Positions 29,583 to 41,898 of a stretch of DNA of 64,000 bases are shown here, piece by piece. The DNA is from Vulcanimicrobiota bacterium. GTDB lineage: Bacteria; Vulcanimicrobiota; Vulcanimicrobiia; Vulcanimicrobiales; Vulcanimicrobiaceae. The DNA lies in NCBI GenBank assembly GCA_963695225.1, contig OY968762.1, forward strand, positions 832,001 to 896,000, given 5' to 3'. Under the pieces are notes generated by a model. The model was given only the letters and a program-made list of their open reading frames with translations, was not told the DNA's origin and searched no databases. Numbering within the stretch: position 1 is the stretch's first letter; each line of letters opens with the position of its first letter. A program made the position numbers and the translations under genes.

Positions 29583-32112
29583 GCACCCGCCGCAGACCGG
29601 GACGAAGACCGGGCCCGATGCGAATCCCGCCGCCGCCGGAAAGGACGACCTGAAGTCCCTCTCCATGCCCGACCTGTTCGCGAAGCTGGGAGCGACGAAG
29701 GACGGCTTGACGGCGGCAGAGGCTGCCAAACGTCTGACGCAATACGGTCGCAACGAGATCGCGCAGAAGGTCGAGAATCCGTTCTTGAAGTTTCTCAGCT
29801 ATTTCTGGGGACCGATCCCGTGGATGATCGAAGCGGCCGTGATTCTCTCCGCGGTCGTCCGCCACTGGCTGGATTTCGGCGTCATCCTCCTGCTGCTCTG
29901 CACCAACGCCATCGTCGGATTCTGGGAAGAGCATCAGGCGGGGAACGCGATCGCCGCTCTGAAGTCGCAACTCGCCGTCAACGCCCGCGTTCGGCGCGAC
30001 GGAAAATGGGTCAACCCGCAAGTCGCCGAGCTCGTGCCCGGCGACGTCGTTCGCATGCGGCTCGGCGATATCGTGCCGGCCGATGCGCGCTTGCTCGCGG
30101 GCGATCCGATCGAGGTCGATCAATCCGCGCTGACCGGCGAGTCGCTGCCGGTGACGCGCAAACCGGGCGAAGCGGTCTTCTCCGGATCGATCGTCCGTCA
30201 GGGCGAGACCGACGCGATCGTCTACGGAACCGGGGCAAACACCTATTTCGGCAAGACGGCGGCACTGGTCGAGCAGGCGCGGACGGTCAGCCATTTCCAG
30301 AAGGCCGTGCTTCAGATCGGCAATTACCTCATCGTCCTCGCGGTCGTCCTGGTCGTGCTGATCGTTGCCGTCGGACTCTTCCGGCACGACCCGATGCTAG
30401 ACACGTTCGAGTTCGCGCTGGTGCTCCTCGTGGCCGCGATTCCCGTTGCGATGCCCACGGTGCTCTCGGTAACGATGGCCGTCGGCGCACGGCTTCTCTC
30501 GAAAAAGCAAGCGATCGTGACCCGGCTGTCCACGATCGAAGAACTCGCCGGCGTTGACATCCTCTGTTCCGATAAGACCGGCACGCTGACCGAAAACAAG
30601 CTGACGCTGGGCGATCCCTTCTGCTTGAGCGGCACGCCGGCCGACACACTCATCCTCTACGCTGCGCTCGCCTCGCGTGCGGAGGACAAGGACACCATCG
30701 ACTTGACGGTCATCGGCGGCGTGAAAGACGGCGCGGCCCTGGCGGCGTATCAGGTCCTCCACTTCCAGCCCTTCGACCCGGTGCACAAGCGCACCGAAGC
30801 GACGGTCAAGGGCGCCGACGGAAAACAGTTCGACGTCGCCAAGGGCGCTCCACAAGTCATTCTGCAGATGTCGAGCAACGCCGGCGAGGCAAAGCCGGCG
30901 GTCGACAAAGCCATCGACGGGTTCGCCGCGCGCGGCTTCCGATCGCTCGGCGTGGCGAGGGCGGACGAGAAGGATCACTGGCAGTTCCTCGGCGTGCTGC
31001 CGATGTTCGATCCGCCGCGCCCGACCGCCAAGGCCACGCTCGCGAGCGCGAAGGCAATGGGCGTCAGCGTCAAGATGGTCACGGGCGATCAAGTCGCGAT
31101 CGCGAAAGAGACCGCGCGCGCTCTGGGGTTGGGGACGAACATCCTGGATGCCGCCGGTCTCGGCGACACGAAGGAGAAAGCGACCGACCAACAGGCGCGG
31201 GCCATCGAGCAGGCCGACGGCTTCGCCCAGGTCTTTCCCGAACATAAGTACCACATCGTCGACGTCCTGCAGCAACGCGGCCACATCGTCGGCATGACCG
31301 GCGACGGCGTGAATGACGCGCCCGCGCTCAAGAAAGCCGACTGCGGCATCGCCGTCTCCGGAGCGACCGACGCTGCGCGTGCAGCGGCATCGATCGTGCT
31401 GATGGCATCCGGCCTGGGAGTCATCATCGACGCCATCAAGGAAAGCCGCCGCATCGTTCAGCGCATGAACAGCTATGCCGTCTACCGCATCTCCGAGACC
31501 CTGCGCGTCCTGCTCTTCATGACGCTGTCGATCTTGGTGTTCAACTTTTATCCGGTGACGGCGGTGATGATCGTGCTCCTGGCGTTGCTCAACGACGGCG
31601 CGATCCTCTCTATCGCGTATGACAACGTCCTATACAAGAACGCGCCCGAGGCCTGGGACATGCGGATGGTCCTGGGGATCGCTTCCGTGCTGGGGGTTGT
31701 CGGCGTCGCGACCACGTTCGGACTCTTCTATCTCGGGGAGCGCGTGTTCCACATCGACCGCATACACATCCAGACCCTAATGTACCTGAAGCTATCCGTC
31801 GCCGGACACCTGACGATCTTCATCGCTCGGACCCGCGGTCCGTTTTGGTCGATACGGCCGGCCTGGATTCTCTTGATCGCGGTACTGGTGACGCAAGCGT
31901 TCGCGACGCTCATGGCGGTGTACGGATTCGGCATCATGACGCCGATCAGCTGGAGCTGGGCAGGCATGGTGTGGGGTTACGCGATCATCTGCGCGCTCCT
32001 AACCGATCCCATCAAGCTGCTCGCCTATCGCATCTTCGATCGCGGTCAAGCGCCGGCGGCGCCCAAGACGCCTATGGATCGTCCGCGGCAGGCCGCAGCC
32101 GTCCCTTCGTAG
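29572..32112 (+). CDS. Plasma-membrane-type proton-efflux P-type ATPase (type IIIA)
   Basis: [55 protein letters not shown]. Confidence 0.95.
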   Translation: MADRHPPQTGTKTGPDANPAAAGKDDLKSLSMPDLFAKLGATKDGLTAAEAAKRLTQYGRNEIAQKVENPFLKFLSYFWGPIPWMIEAAVILSAVVRHWLDFGVILLLLCTNAIVGFWEEHQAGNAIAALKSQLAVNARVRRDGKWVNPQVAELVPGDVVRMRLGDIVPADARLLAGDPIEVDQSALTGESLPVTRKPGEAVFSGSIVRQGETDAIVYGTGANTYFGKTAALVEQARTVSHFQKAVLQIGNYLIVLAVVLVVLIVAVGLFRHDPMLDTFEFALVLLVAAIPVAMPTVLSVTMAVGARLLSKKQAIVTRLSTIEELAGVDILCSDKTGTLTENKLTLGDPFCLSGTPADTLILYAALASRAEDKDTIDLTVIGGVKDGAALAAYQVLHFQPFDPVHKRTEATVKGADGKQFDVAKGAPQVILQMSSNAGEAKPAVDKAIDGFAARGFRSLGVARADEKDHWQFLGVLPMFDPPRPTAKATLASAKAMGVSVKMVTGDQVAIAKETARALGLGTNILDAAGLGDTKEKATDQQARAIEQADGFAQVFPEHKYHIVDVLQQRGHIVGMTGDGVNDAPALKKADCGIAVSGATDAARAAASIVLMASGLGVIIDAIKESRRIVQRMNSYAVYRISETLRVLLFMTLSILVFNFYPVTAVMIVLLALLNDGAILSIAYDNVLYKNAPEAWDMRMVLGIASVLGVVGVATTFGLFYLGERVFHIDRIHIQTLMYLKLSVAGHLTIFIARTRGPFWSIRPAWILLIAVLVTQAFATLMAVYGFGIMTPISWSWAGMVWGYAIICALLTDPIKLLAYRIFDRGQAPAAPKTPMDRPRQAAAVPS

Positions 32113-32179
32113 CGACGCTTGGAGTACGGCGCGCTGCGCAGCTTCTAAAAGACACCAGTGCCGGAAAGAAAGAGCGACG

Positions 32180-34732
32180 ATGAGCAAACAGGACACGGTA
32201 ACGACGGTCGGACACAACGGCAGCGCAGCAGCCGCGGAGACCTTCGGCTTCGACGTCGCCTTGTCGACGGCGGTCGCGGGCAACGGTACTGCGGCAGTGC
32301 CGCTTCCCAAGGGGCCGCTCACGCCGGACATGCTCGAGCGGATGCATCGTTATTGGCGGGCTGCGAATTATCTCTGCATCGGTCAGATCTACCTCTTCGA
32401 GAACCCGCTGCTGCGCGAGCCGCTCAAGGCCGAACAGATCAAGCCGAGGCTGCTCGGGCACTGGGGCACGTCACCGGGGCAAAACCTGATCTACATTCAC
32501 CTCAACCGGCTCATCAAGAAGCACGACGCGAACGTCATCTACATCTCAGGTCCGGGACACGGCGGCCCGTCGCTCAACGCGAACTCGTATCTTGAGGGCT
32601 CGTACACCGAAGTCCATCCGGAGATCACGCCCGACGAGAACGGCATGAGGCTGCTGTTTCGGAAGTTCTCGACACCGGGCGGCGTGCCGAGCCATTGCGG
32701 ACCGCACGTGCCGAATTCGATGCACGAAGGCGGCGAACTCGGGTATTCGCTGCTTCACGCCTTCGGCGCGGCGTTCGACAATCCGGACCTCATCGTCGCC
32801 TGCGTGATCGGCGACGGGGAATCCGAGACGTGCCCGCTTGAAGGAAGCTGGAAGTCCAACAGTTTTCTCAATCCGGTGGAGGACGGTGCCGTGCTGCCGA
32901 TCCTGCACCTCAACGGCTACAAGATCTCCGGGCCGACCGTGCAAGCGCGAACGGCCGACGAGGACTTACGTGCCCTCTACGCCGGACGCGGTTACAACCC
33001 GTATTTCGTCGAAGGCGACGACCCCAAAACCGTGCACCAACTGCTGGCTGGGGCGCTTGATGCCTGCTACGCCGAGATTCGAGCGATCCAGCAGGAGGCC
33101 CGGGAGCACGGGTTCACAACGCAGCCGGTCTGGCCGATGATCGTCCTGCGCACGCCGAAGGGCTGGACCTGCCCCAAAGAGGTGGACGGCATCCCGCTTG
33201 AAGGAACGTTCCGCGCACACCAAGTCCCGCTTGCGAGCGTTCGGGAGAACCCCGAGCACCTCAAGATCCTCGAGACCTGGATGAAGAGCTACAAGGCGCA
33301 CGAGCTCTTCGATGAGCGTGGCAGATTCATCGACGAGTTGGCGGAGCTCGCGCCCGCGGGGAATCGCCGCATGGGGGGCAACCCGCATGTGAACGGCGGG
33401 CGGGTGCTGACCGATCTCGACCTTCCGGCCTTCACCGATTATGCGCTCGAGATTCCCGGTCCCGGTCAGGTCGTCGCCGAAGCTCCTCGCAAGCTCGGCG
33501 ACTTCTTCGCGGACATCTTCCGCCGGAATCCGAGGAACGTCCGTATCTTCTCCCCCGACGAGACGAACTCCAACCGCTTGAACTCGGTCTTCGGGGCGAC
33601 GAGCCGCCGCTTCATGGCGGAGACGGTTTCGATCGACGAAAAGCTCAGCCCCGACGGGCGCGTGCTCGAAGTCTTGAGCGAGCATTGCTGCGAGGGCTGG
33701 CTCGAAGGCTACCTGTTGACAGGGCGGCACGGCATGTGGTCGTCGTACGAAGCGTTCGCGCAAGTCGTGGATTCCATGCTGACTCAGCACGCCAAATGGC
33801 TCGAGCAATGCCGCGAGTACCCTTGGCGGAAGCCGATCGCATCCTTGAACGTGCTGCTGACGACTCACGCCTGGCGAAACGATCACAACGGCTTCAGCCA
33901 CCAGGCCACCGGCTTCGTCGACAACGCCCTGGCACGCCGCAGCGAGACGATTCGCGTCTACTATCCGCCGGACGGCAATTGCCTGCTCAGCATCTTTGAC
34001 CATTGCCTGCGTAGCCGCAACGCCGTCAACATCGTGACCTGCGGCAAGCAGCCCCAGCTCCAGTGGCTGACGATGGACGAGGCACTCGAACACTGCTCGC
34101 GCGGGGCGTCGACCTGGAAGTTCGCAACGAACGACGGCGGCGGCATGCCCGACGTGGTGCTGGCCTGCGCCGGAGACGTGCCGACCATCGAGATTTGCGC
34201 GGCCTCCTGGCTGTTGCAAAAGCACGTTCCGGGTATCAAAGTGCGCGTGGTCAACGTGGTCGACCTGTGCGCGCTGATGAAGCCGGAAAACCATCCGCAC
34301 GGGATGGACAATATGTCGTTCGACGAGCTCTTCACAGTCGACGCGCCGGTCATCTTCGCCTTCCACAACAACCGCTGGCTGATTCACTCGATGGTGCACG
34401 GACGCTCCAACGAGGCACGCTTCCACGTGCGCGGCTATATGGACCGCGGCACGACGACCACCCCCTTCGACATGGTGGTTCTCAACGAGATGAGCCGCTA
34501 CCATCTCGCGCTCGACGCGCTCTACCAAATTCCAAGGCTCCGCGTAGCTGCCGAGAAAGCGGTCGATCTCTTCAACGCGAAGCTCTACGAGCATCACACC
34601 TACATTCGCGAACATCTCGACGACATGCCCGAGATCACGAACTGGCACTGGACACCCGACTTCAGCGAGGCAGGCTCGCCTCCGCCGCTTGCCAAGGGGC
34701 ACCCGCGGGCAAGCATTTTCACCGACAGCTGA
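32180..34732 (+). CDS. xfp: Phosphoketolase
   Basis: [45 protein letters not shown]. Confidence 0.95.
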   Translation: MSKQDTVTTVGHNGSAAAAETFGFDVALSTAVAGNGTAAVPLPKGPLTPDMLERMHRYWRAANYLCIGQIYLFENPLLREPLKAEQIKPRLLGHWGTSPGQNLIYIHLNRLIKKHDANVIYISGPGHGGPSLNANSYLEGSYTEVHPEITPDENGMRLLFRKFSTPGGVPSHCGPHVPNSMHEGGELGYSLLHAFGAAFDNPDLIVACVIGDGESETCPLEGSWKSNSFLNPVEDGAVLPILHLNGYKISGPTVQARTADEDLRALYAGRGYNPYFVEGDDPKTVHQLLAGALDACYAEIRAIQQEAREHGFTTQPVWPMIVLRTPKGWTCPKEVDGIPLEGTFRAHQVPLASVRENPEHLKILETWMKSYKAHELFDERGRFIDELAELAPAGNRRMGGNPHVNGGRVLTDLDLPAFTDYALEIPGPGQVVAEAPRKLGDFFADIFRRNPRNVRIFSPDETNSNRLNSVFGATSRRFMAETVSIDEKLSPDGRVLEVLSEHCCEGWLEGYLLTGRHGMWSSYEAFAQVVDSMLTQHAKWLEQCREYPWRKPIASLNVLLTTHAWRNDHNGFSHQATGFVDNALARRSETIRVYYPPDGNCLLSIFDHCLRSRNAVNIVTCGKQPQLQWLTMDEALEHCSRGASTWKFATNDGGGMPDVVLACAGDVPTIEICAASWLLQKHVPGIKVRVVNVVDLCALMKPENHPHGMDNMSFDELFTVDAPVIFAFHNNRWLIHSMVHGRSNEARFHVRGYMDRGTTTTPFDMVVLNEMSRYHLALDALYQIPRLRVAAEKAVDLFNAKLYEHHTYIREHLDDMPEITNWHWTPDFSEAGSPPPLAKGHPRASIFTDS

Positions 34733-34744
34733 CGCGGTCTCGTC

Positions 34745-35326
34745 ATGCTACGCCTCTACCTCATTCGGCACGGAGAGACCGAGTGGTCACTCTCGGGTCG
34801 GCACACGGGCCGCTCGGATATCCCGCTGACCGCGCACGGGGAGGACCAAGCGCGGGAATTGCGCCGGAGGCTCGAGCACGTTGAATTCTCGACGGTGCTG
34901 ACCAGCCCGCTCCAGCGCGCACGCCGAACGTGCGAGTTGGCCGGGTTGGCGGCCGCCGCCGAAATCGATCCGGACCTCGCAGAATGGCACTACGGCGACT
35001 ACGAGGGGCGCAGCACCGTCGACATTCGCAAAGAGCGACCCGGCTGGAACGTCTTTCGGGACGGTGTCCCCAACGGAGAAACGCCCTCGCAGGCCGGCGA
35101 TCGGGCCGACCAGTTGATCGCGCACCTTCGCTCGTTGAGCGGCGACGTCGCCCTATTCTCGCACGGCCAGTTCGGTTGCGTCTTGGCCGCACGTTGGATC
35201 GGCCTGCCCGTCATCGATGCGCAGCACTTCTCGTTCGGACCGGCGTGCTTGGGCATTCTGGACCATAATCGGGATCATCCCGAAGTGCGCGTGATCGAAC
35301 TCTGGAACGCCGCGCCGGCCTCGTAG
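34745..35326 (+). CDS. Histidine phosphatase family protein
   Basis: RHGETEWS motif, SHG. Confidence 0.92.
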   Translation: MLRLYLIRHGETEWSLSGRHTGRSDIPLTAHGEDQARELRRRLEHVEFSTVLTSPLQRARRTCELAGLAAAAEIDPDLAEWHYGDYEGRSTVDIRKERPGWNVFRDGVPNGETPSQAGDRADQLIAHLRSLSGDVALFSHGQFGCVLAARWIGLPVIDAQHFSFGPACLGILDHNRDHPEVRVIELWNAAPAS

Positions 35327-35330
35327 CATC

Positions 35331-36077
35331 ATGAAAACGCTGATCGTCTTCGACCTCGACGGCACGCTCGCGGAAAGCAAGTCGGCGATCGACAAGGAAA
35401 TGGCAACGCTGCTCGCCGGTCTTCTTGACGTCGTAAAGATCGCGATCATCTCCGGGGGAGACTTGCCGCAATTTCAAAAGCAAGTGCTCGCTCATCTGCC
35501 GCAGGGCGCCCCTCTGGGCAACCTGTCGCTGCTTCCGACGTGCGGAACGAGGTTCTTCCAATATCGGGACGGCGGCTGGCAAAAGCTCTACTCGGAAGAT
35601 CTCACCGAAGCACAGGTGCGGAAGATCGTCGGTGCGCTCGAGGAGGCGGTGCGTGCAACCGGCCTTCAGGAAAAGAAAATCTGGGGCGAACTCATCGAGG
35701 ACCGGGAGAGCCAGATCACTTACTCCGCGCTCGGTCAGCAAGCGCCGTTAAAAGAGAAGAAAAAGTGGGACCCCGATTTCGCGAAACGCAAGAAGATCAA
35801 AGCCATCCTCGACTGGTCGCTGCCGGATTTCTCCGTGCGCTTGGGCGGGTCGACGTCGATCGACGTCACGTTGCCCGGGATCGACAAAGCTTACGGCATC
35901 AGGAAGCTTCGCGACGTCCTGGGCGTTCCGATCGCGGAGATGATCTACGTGGGAGACGCCCTCTTTCCGGGCGGCAACGACTACCCGGCGCGCGAGACCG
36001 GCGCGGTTTGCATCCAAGTAGCGAATCCCGACGAGACGAAACGCGTGATCGAGGCCATCACGGCATGCTCGAGCTGA
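35331..36077 (+). CDS. HAD-IIB hydrolase (phosphomannomutase-like)
   Basis: FDLDGTL, GGSTSIDVT, GDALFPGGND. Confidence 0.9.
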   Translation: MKTLIVFDLDGTLAESKSAIDKEMATLLAGLLDVVKIAIISGGDLPQFQKQVLAHLPQGAPLGNLSLLPTCGTRFFQYRDGGWQKLYSEDLTEAQVRKIVGALEEAVRATGLQEKKIWGELIEDRESQITYSALGQQAPLKEKKKWDPDFAKRKKIKAILDWSLPDFSVRLGGSTSIDVTLPGIDKAYGIRKLRDVLGVPIAEMIYVGDALFPGGNDYPARETGAVCIQVANPDETKRVIEAITACSS

Positions 36078-36433
36078 GAGGCGCAAACGATGGGCGCGCT
36101 TGTTACGCTCCGGCTCTCGCTAATCGCCGGTCTTGTGGCCGGGGCATCCCGGCCAGTCGGCGAAATGTCATCCGCTTAGGCAATCGGCCGCGGTTCAGCG
36201 TCTCAGCACAAGCAAGCGATGCTGGGGCGAGGAATACGCTTGCGGAGTATTGCCCGCACTTCTTCCCTCGCTAACGCAAGAAAGCGACGAGATGCCGAAA
36301 ATCCCTCGGCGGGCAGCTAAAATCGCACACCTGGGGGCACTTCAAAACCGCACACTACCCGGTGGGCAGTTCAAAATCGCACACCTGATGTAGCCTCGGG
36401 CACGCCAAGGGTGGCAGCGCGAACAGCGTTGCC

Positions 36434-38002
36434 ATGAACGTACTGGACGTGGCCGATCGAGACCGTATTCTGAACCTGCTGCGCAAGCGCTGGAGCATCC
36501 GGCACGTCGCGCGCGAAACCGGACACCGGCACGAAACGATCCGCCGTTACGGGGTCGAGGCCGGCATCCTGGCGCCAAGGCCGGCAAAAGGTACCACCCC
36601 GGCCGAAGTGGCCGCCGACCCAAAACCGCACACCGAGCCCGAAGTGCCCACCGGGTCGGCTCCAAAACCGCACACCGAGCCCGAAGTGCCCACCGGGTCG
36701 ACGCGCAGCAGCGCCGAGCCGTTTCGGGAGTTCATCGAGGCAGAATTGCGCAAGGGCCGCAACGCCAAGGCGATCTTCCAAGACCTGGTCCTGCATCGCG
36801 GTCACACCGGCTCCTACGACGCGGTGAAGCGGCTGGCTCGCACGTTGCGAAAGCGCGAACCGAAGATCAGTTGCCGCTTCGAAACCGACCCTGGTCAAGA
36901 AGCCCAGGTCGATTACGGCGAAGGCGCGCCTGCGCGCGATCCGCGCACCGGCAAGTATCGCAAACCGCGCCTGTTTGTGATGACGCTTGGCAACAGCCGC
37001 CACGCGTTTCGCAAAGTCGTCTGGACCTCGTCGACGGAGATCTGGTGCCGGCTGCACGAGGAAGCATTCGCGTACTTCGGCGGCGCGACGCACACGATTC
37101 GCCTCGACAATCTCAAAGAGGGCGTTCTTAAGCCCGACGTTTGGGACCCGCAGCTCAATCCGCTCTACGCCAAGCTGCTCGAACATTACGGCGTTGTTCC
37201 GCTACCCTGTCGGCCGCACGCTCCCGATCTCAAGGGCAAAGTTGAATCGGCGGTCGGCTATACGCAAGGCACGGCCCTGAAGGGAAAGCGCTTTGAGAGC
37301 ATCGAGGACGAGAACGCGCATCTGTTCCAGTGGAACGAGAACTGCGCGGCAACGCGAATCCACGGCACGACCAAGCGGCAAGTGCGGGCGATGTTCGAAG
37401 AGGAGCGGTCGCATCTCTTGCCGCTGCCGGCCAGGCGCTTTGAGTACTACCGCATCTGCGAGCGGACGGTGCACTTTGACGGCTACATCGAAGTCGACGC
37501 TGCCTACTACTCGGCGCCGCCGCGCTACGTTGGTAGCAAGGTGGTCGTGCACGTCGGCAGGCTGTGGCTGCGCATCGTTGATCGCACGACGCACGAATGC
37601 CTGCGCGAGCACACGATCGCGCTGCAGAAAGGCCAGCGCCGGACGCACGAGGCCGATCGCCCGCGGCAGACGCCGATCAGGGTCGAGAAACTGGCCGCTC
37701 GGATCGCCGGAGCGGGGCCCGGCTGCGCGGCCTTTGCGCAAAAGCTGATCGACACTCGCGGCGCGATCGCTCTGCGCGCGCTCTATGGGATGCTGGACCT
37801 GCTGCGCCGCTACGGAGCCGACGACGTCGACCAGGCATGTGCGTTTGCGGCACGATCGGGGATCTCGAGCTTTCGGTTCGTTCGAACATATCTCCAGCAC
37901 CACGCAACGCCGCTGAAACTCAAAGGTGAGCATCACATCATTCCGGAGATCGCGATCTACACAACGCACTTCGCCACCGTTACGCAAGGAGCAACCCCAT
38001 GA
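36434..38002 (+). CDS. istA: IS21 transposase IstA
   Basis: RFETDPGQEAQVDYG, DNLK, KGKVES. Confidence 0.95.
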   Translation: MNVLDVADRDRILNLLRKRWSIRHVARETGHRHETIRRYGVEAGILAPRPAKGTTPAEVAADPKPHTEPEVPTGSAPKPHTEPEVPTGSTRSSAEPFREFIEAELRKGRNAKAIFQDLVLHRGHTGSYDAVKRLARTLRKREPKISCRFETDPGQEAQVDYGEGAPARDPRTGKYRKPRLFVMTLGNSRHAFRKVVWTSSTEIWCRLHEEAFAYFGGATHTIRLDNLKEGVLKPDVWDPQLNPLYAKLLEHYGVVPLPCRPHAPDLKGKVESAVGYTQGTALKGKRFESIEDENAHLFQWNENCAATRIHGTTKRQVRAMFEEERSHLLPLPARRFEYYRICERTVHFDGYIEVDAAYYSAPPRYVGSKVVVHVGRLWLRIVDRTTHECLREHTIALQKGQRRTHEADRPRQTPIRVEKLAARIAGAGPGCAAFAQKLIDTRGAIALRALYGMLDLLRRYGADDVDQACAFAARSGISSFRFVRTYLQHHATPLKLKGEHHIIPEIAIYTTHFATVTQGATP

Positions 38003-38763
38003 CCAACGACGAACTCGACCGCGCTCTGCGGCAACTGCGCATGAGCGGCATGGCCGACGCCGTTCCGATCCGAACGCAGCAGGCCCGTGCTGAGAACCTC
38101 GGCCCGCTCGATTTCATCAGCTTACTCGTGCACGATGAGCTGCAGCGGCGGCGGGATCGACTCATCGAGCGCCGCGTCAAGGCCGCCGGCTTTCGCGACC
38201 AGAGAACGCTCGACACGTTCGACTGGAAATTCAACACGCTCGATCGCGCGCTCATCTTCGAACTGGCCAACGGGCGCTTTATCGAACAACACGAGGACGT
38301 TCTGTTACTCGGCAACGCCGGCGTTGGGAAAAGCCATATCGCGCAGGCGATCGGCATGGCCGCTATTCATGCTGGTTTCCGCGTATTGTACCGCGAGGCG
38401 CACGCGCTCTTCGAAGACTTCCTTCTCGCTGGCGCGACCGGCGAGCGCGGCACCGCGATCGCGACCTTTAGCGAGATACCCTTGCTCATCATCGACGACT
38501 TGGGGATGCGCAAACTCCCCGCCAACGCAGCCGAGGATTTGCTCGAAATCGTCATGCGACGCTACGAGCGAGCATCGACGATTCTGACCTCGAACCGACC
38601 GCTCGACGATTGGCCTAAGCTCTTCGGCGACACGCCCGCCGTTGCGGCCTTTCTCGACCGGCTAATGCATCATTCGCATCTGATCGAGATTCGCGGCAAG
38701 AGTTATCGGCTCCACGAGCACAGCATCGCGGCCCGCCACCGGAAGGCAAAGGCGAGCGCGTAG
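37999..38763 (+). CDS. istB: IS21 helper ATPase IstB
   Basis: GNAGVGKSH, LIIDDLG, TSNR, LDRL. Confidence 0.95.
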   Translation: MTNDELDRALRQLRMSGMADAVPIRTQQARAENLGPLDFISLLVHDELQRRRDRLIERRVKAAGFRDQRTLDTFDWKFNTLDRALIFELANGRFIEQHEDVLLLGNAGVGKSHIAQAIGMAAIHAGFRVLYREAHALFEDFLLAGATGERGTAIATFSEIPLLIIDDLGMRKLPANAAEDLLEIVMRRYERASTILTSNRPLDDWPKLFGDTPAVAAFLDRLMHHSHLIEIRGKSYRLHEHSIAARHRKAKASA

Positions 38764-40003
38764 CCAACGATTGCGACAAACATCACTCAGCCCGAGGCGT
38801 GCGGTTTTCAACTGCCCACGGGTGTGCGGTTTTGAGCTGCCCCCTGAGGGAAAATCGACCACGCAGATCTGCTGGCAAAACCGGGTCACGACATCCACCT
38901 GGCAGATTTCGATCCAGCCTTCACCTCCGGCTTCAAAGACAAGGAGCACGCGGAAGAAAAGCTTCGAGACGATCTCGAGCACTTATCGGCGCTTCAAGAT
39001 GTCTTTTACGCCGATCAACGGTATGCGCTTCTCATCGTCTTCCAGGGCATGGATGCAGCAGGCAAAGACGGCGCGATCCGGCACGTGATGTCGGGAGTCA
39101 GTCCGCAGGGCGTCGACGTCTACCCTTTCAAGCAGCCTTCCGAGCGAGAACTGTCGCACGATTACCTTTGGCGCTGTGCCAAAGTTCTGCCCGAGCGGGG
39201 ACGGATAGCCATCTTTAATCGCTCGTACTATGAGGAGCTGACCGTCATTCGGGTTCACGAGTCCCTGCTCGAACGCGAGCGGCTGCCGCTGAAACCGTCC
39301 GGGAGCCGGCTATGGAAGGAGCGCTACCAAGACATCGTCTCGTTCGAGAGCCACCTGGTGCGCAACGGCACGCTGATCCTGAAATTCTTTCTGCACCTCT
39401 CGAAAGACGAGCAACGCAAGCGCTTGCTCGAGCGCATCGACACGCCCGAAAAGAATTGGAAGATTTCGCCGGCAGACGTGCAAGAGCGCGCGTTTTGGGA
39501 GGGCTACCGGCACGCCTACGAAGACCTGCTCACGCACACGAGCACCGAGCACGCGCCGTGGTACGTGATTCCCGCGGACCGCAAGTGGTTTACGCGCGCG
39601 GCCGTCGCCGACGTCATCGTCGCGCGGCTGAAAGCGCTGGGGCTCGTATATCCTAGCGTCACCGACGAGCAGCGAGCGCAGCTCGAGGCGGAGCGCGCGA
39701 AGCTCGCCGACGGAACGAACGGCTGACAAGTCATGGCCGCGCGCGGCCGAGCCAACTGCCGGTCGGGCATGCTCCGTCAATTGCGCATCCGAATCATTGC
39801 GCCATCCTGTTGCGACTCGGGCGGTGCGCCTGCCGAGTAGCCACAGGACGATCAGCAGAACGGCGGCGGTACTCATCATCGCTCGCGAGCACCGCGTCGA
39901 CGGTCGCGGGCGTTCGGTCAGAACGCGATCCGAATCGCCGGCCACGCCACTCTCGCCGTCACAGACGACTCCAGCCGGAAGGCGATTCTGCGGAGTCTAA
40001 GCC

Positions 40004-41425
40004 ATGAGGGGCATCGTAACTTTGAATTCAAAAATCGGCCCTGTCAGTCAGGCTTCTGGAATTCGACCGGCCCGTATCCTGATTCTTGGCGGTGGCTTCG
40101 CAGGGATCTCGACGGCCCGCCGTCTCGAGCGTCTGCTGAGCCCGCGCGAGGCGGAAATTACTGTCGTCAGTCGCGAGAACTTTTCTCTGTTCACGCCGAT
40201 GCTGCCCGAAGTCTCGTCCGGCAACCTCGAATCGCGGCACGTCGTGACGCCGGTGCGTGCGCAACTCAAAAGGTCGCACTTCATCCTCGGTGAGGTGCGC
40301 ACGATCGACCTCGAGGCGAGGTTTGTCGATGTGGAGCACATCATGCTCGGTTCGAGTCAGAGACTCTCTTACGACCATTTGGTGCTCTGCTTGGGCGCGG
40401 TGACCTCGACGTTCGGTTTACCGGGTATCGCGGAGCGCGCCTTTCCGCTCAAGTCGCTTGAGGACGCCGAGCGGCTGCGCAACCACGTGATCGGGATGCT
40501 GGAGCTCGCGGACGTAACCGTGGACGCGGTCGAGCGCAAGCGGTTGCTGACATTTGTGTTCGTCGGCGGCGGATTCACCGGGGTCGAGGCGGCGGGAGAG
40601 ATGATCGATTTCTTTAAGAGCGCGCTCCGCTTTTATCGCTCGATCGATCCGCGTGAGATCGAGATCGTCCTCATCGACGGCGGCAAGAAGCTGCTTCCGG
40701 AATTGCCGGCCGGGATGGGTGAATATAGCGCTAAAGCGCTCGAGCGGCGCGGCGTGCGCGTCGTGCTCGGGACGAATGTCTCGGGCGCATTCGATGACGG
40801 TCTGCATCTCGCGGACGGCACGATCCTCGCGACGGCGACCATCGTGTGGAGCGCCGGCGTCAAACCCTCTCCTGCCGTCGCTGCCTCGCCGATCGGTACC
40901 GGTCGCGGCGGTTCGATCCCGGTCAACTCCGATCTCTCCGTTCCCAATTATCCCGGCGTCTGGGCCCTTGGGGATTGCGCTACGATTCCGGCACCCGATG
41001 GATCGCATTATCCCCCTACTGCGCAGCACGCTCTCCGCGAAGGTCCGTTTCTCGCCGCGAATATCGCGGCCGTCCTGCGCGGGCGCCCCACCGCGCCGTT
41101 CCGCTATCGGTCGATGGGGGTGATGGCCTCGCTAGGCGGGCGGCGAGGCGTTGCCGGTTTCCGCGGCGGCTTTCTGCTCACTGGGTTCTTCGCATGGTTC
41201 GTGTGGCGAACGTATTACCTGCTCCGCCTGCCCGGGCTCGACCGGCAGGCAAGGGTCGCCTTCGACTGGACGCTCGGTCTCGTCTTTCCACGTGACATCT
41301 CCGAACTGCGAGTCTACACGGAGAGCGCGCAAGCGAACTCTCTGCGCGAAGCCGGAATCAATGCCCACTCCGGGGTTGGGCCTCCGCTCGAGCCTCTGCC
41401 GACACTCGCGAAGAACGCGCCATAG
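40004..41425 (+). CDS. Type II NADH dehydrogenase-like NAD(P)/FAD oxidoreductase
   Basis: GGGFAG, FTPMLPEV, GGGFTGVE, WALGDCA, PPTAQHA. Confidence 0.9.
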   Translation: MRGIVTLNSKIGPVSQASGIRPARILILGGGFAGISTARRLERLLSPREAEITVVSRENFSLFTPMLPEVSSGNLESRHVVTPVRAQLKRSHFILGEVRTIDLEARFVDVEHIMLGSSQRLSYDHLVLCLGAVTSTFGLPGIAERAFPLKSLEDAERLRNHVIGMLELADVTVDAVERKRLLTFVFVGGGFTGVEAAGEMIDFFKSALRFYRSIDPREIEIVLIDGGKKLLPELPAGMGEYSAKALERRGVRVVLGTNVSGAFDDGLHLADGTILATATIVWSAGVKPSPAVAASPIGTGRGGSIPVNSDLSVPNYPGVWALGDCATIPAPDGSHYPPTAQHALREGPFLAANIAAVLRGRPTAPFRYRSMGVMASLGGRRGVAGFRGGFLLTGFFAWFVWRTYYLLRLPGLDRQARVAFDWTLGLVFPRDISELRVYTESAQANSLREAGINAHSGVGPPLEPLPTLAKNAP

Positions 41426-41679
41426 ACGCGGTCCGCCCCGCGGCCGGTTTGAGGACCTGGTCGTCCCGATGCGAGGTGCTGATGACGGCGTCATCGCCGA
41501 GGACTGGTGCCGCGGCGACCTAGCCGTCAGTTGAACCGCCTCCAGCTGCCGGCTCGGGCGCAAGTAGGCGCTTTCTCCACGTCAGTTGCGGCGATCGACA
41601 CTACGAGCGGATACACGAGCAATACCAGATACGGATTACCCCGAGCTCGCGCCAACCGATCAATGAGCTGAACGAGCGT

Positions 41680-41850
41680 CACCTGGTGCGTAACGGCACG
41701 CTGATCCTGAAGTTCTTTCTGCACCTCGCGAAGGACGAGCAGCGCAAACGTTTGTTCGAGCGCATCGACACGCGGATCGCGCGATACTCGCCGGCGGAAC
41801 GAACGGTTGACAAGTTGTGGCCGGGCGCGGCCGAGCCAACCGCCGGACGG
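41680..41850 (+). pseudogene. Relic of a second ppk2 copy
   Basis: [31 protein letters not shown] resembles 39352-39445; about 41796-41850 resembles the ppk2 stop region about 39712-39765. Confidence 0.8.
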
Positions 41851-41898
41851 CCCGCTCTAGGCGTGGTGTGGTCTAAGCTGCCTTGGGAATGAACTGAT

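Larger units (their letters stand above)
36304..38849 (+). mobile_element. Complete IS21-family element
   Basis: Ends CCTCGGCGGGCAGCTAAAATCGCACAC and GTGTGCGGTTTTGAGCTGCCCCCTGAGG with repeated subterminal motifs; 7-bp duplication GAAAATC. Confidence 0.93.
36292..39726 (+). pseudogene. ppk2: PPK2-family polyphosphate:nucleotide phosphotransferase interrupted by IS21 after codon 4
   Basis: Removing the IS restores MPKI|DHADLLAKPG..FQGMDAAGKDG..FNRSYYE..KNWK..PWYVIPADRKW. Confidence 0.9.

Noticed and set aside
27960..38849. Composite transposon formed by the IS3 and IS21
   Set aside because: Different families, each with its own target duplication, so independent insertions.
39790..39880. Small membrane peptide MMSTAAVLLIVLWLLG on the minus strand
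   Set aside because: Too short and degenerate to support a call.
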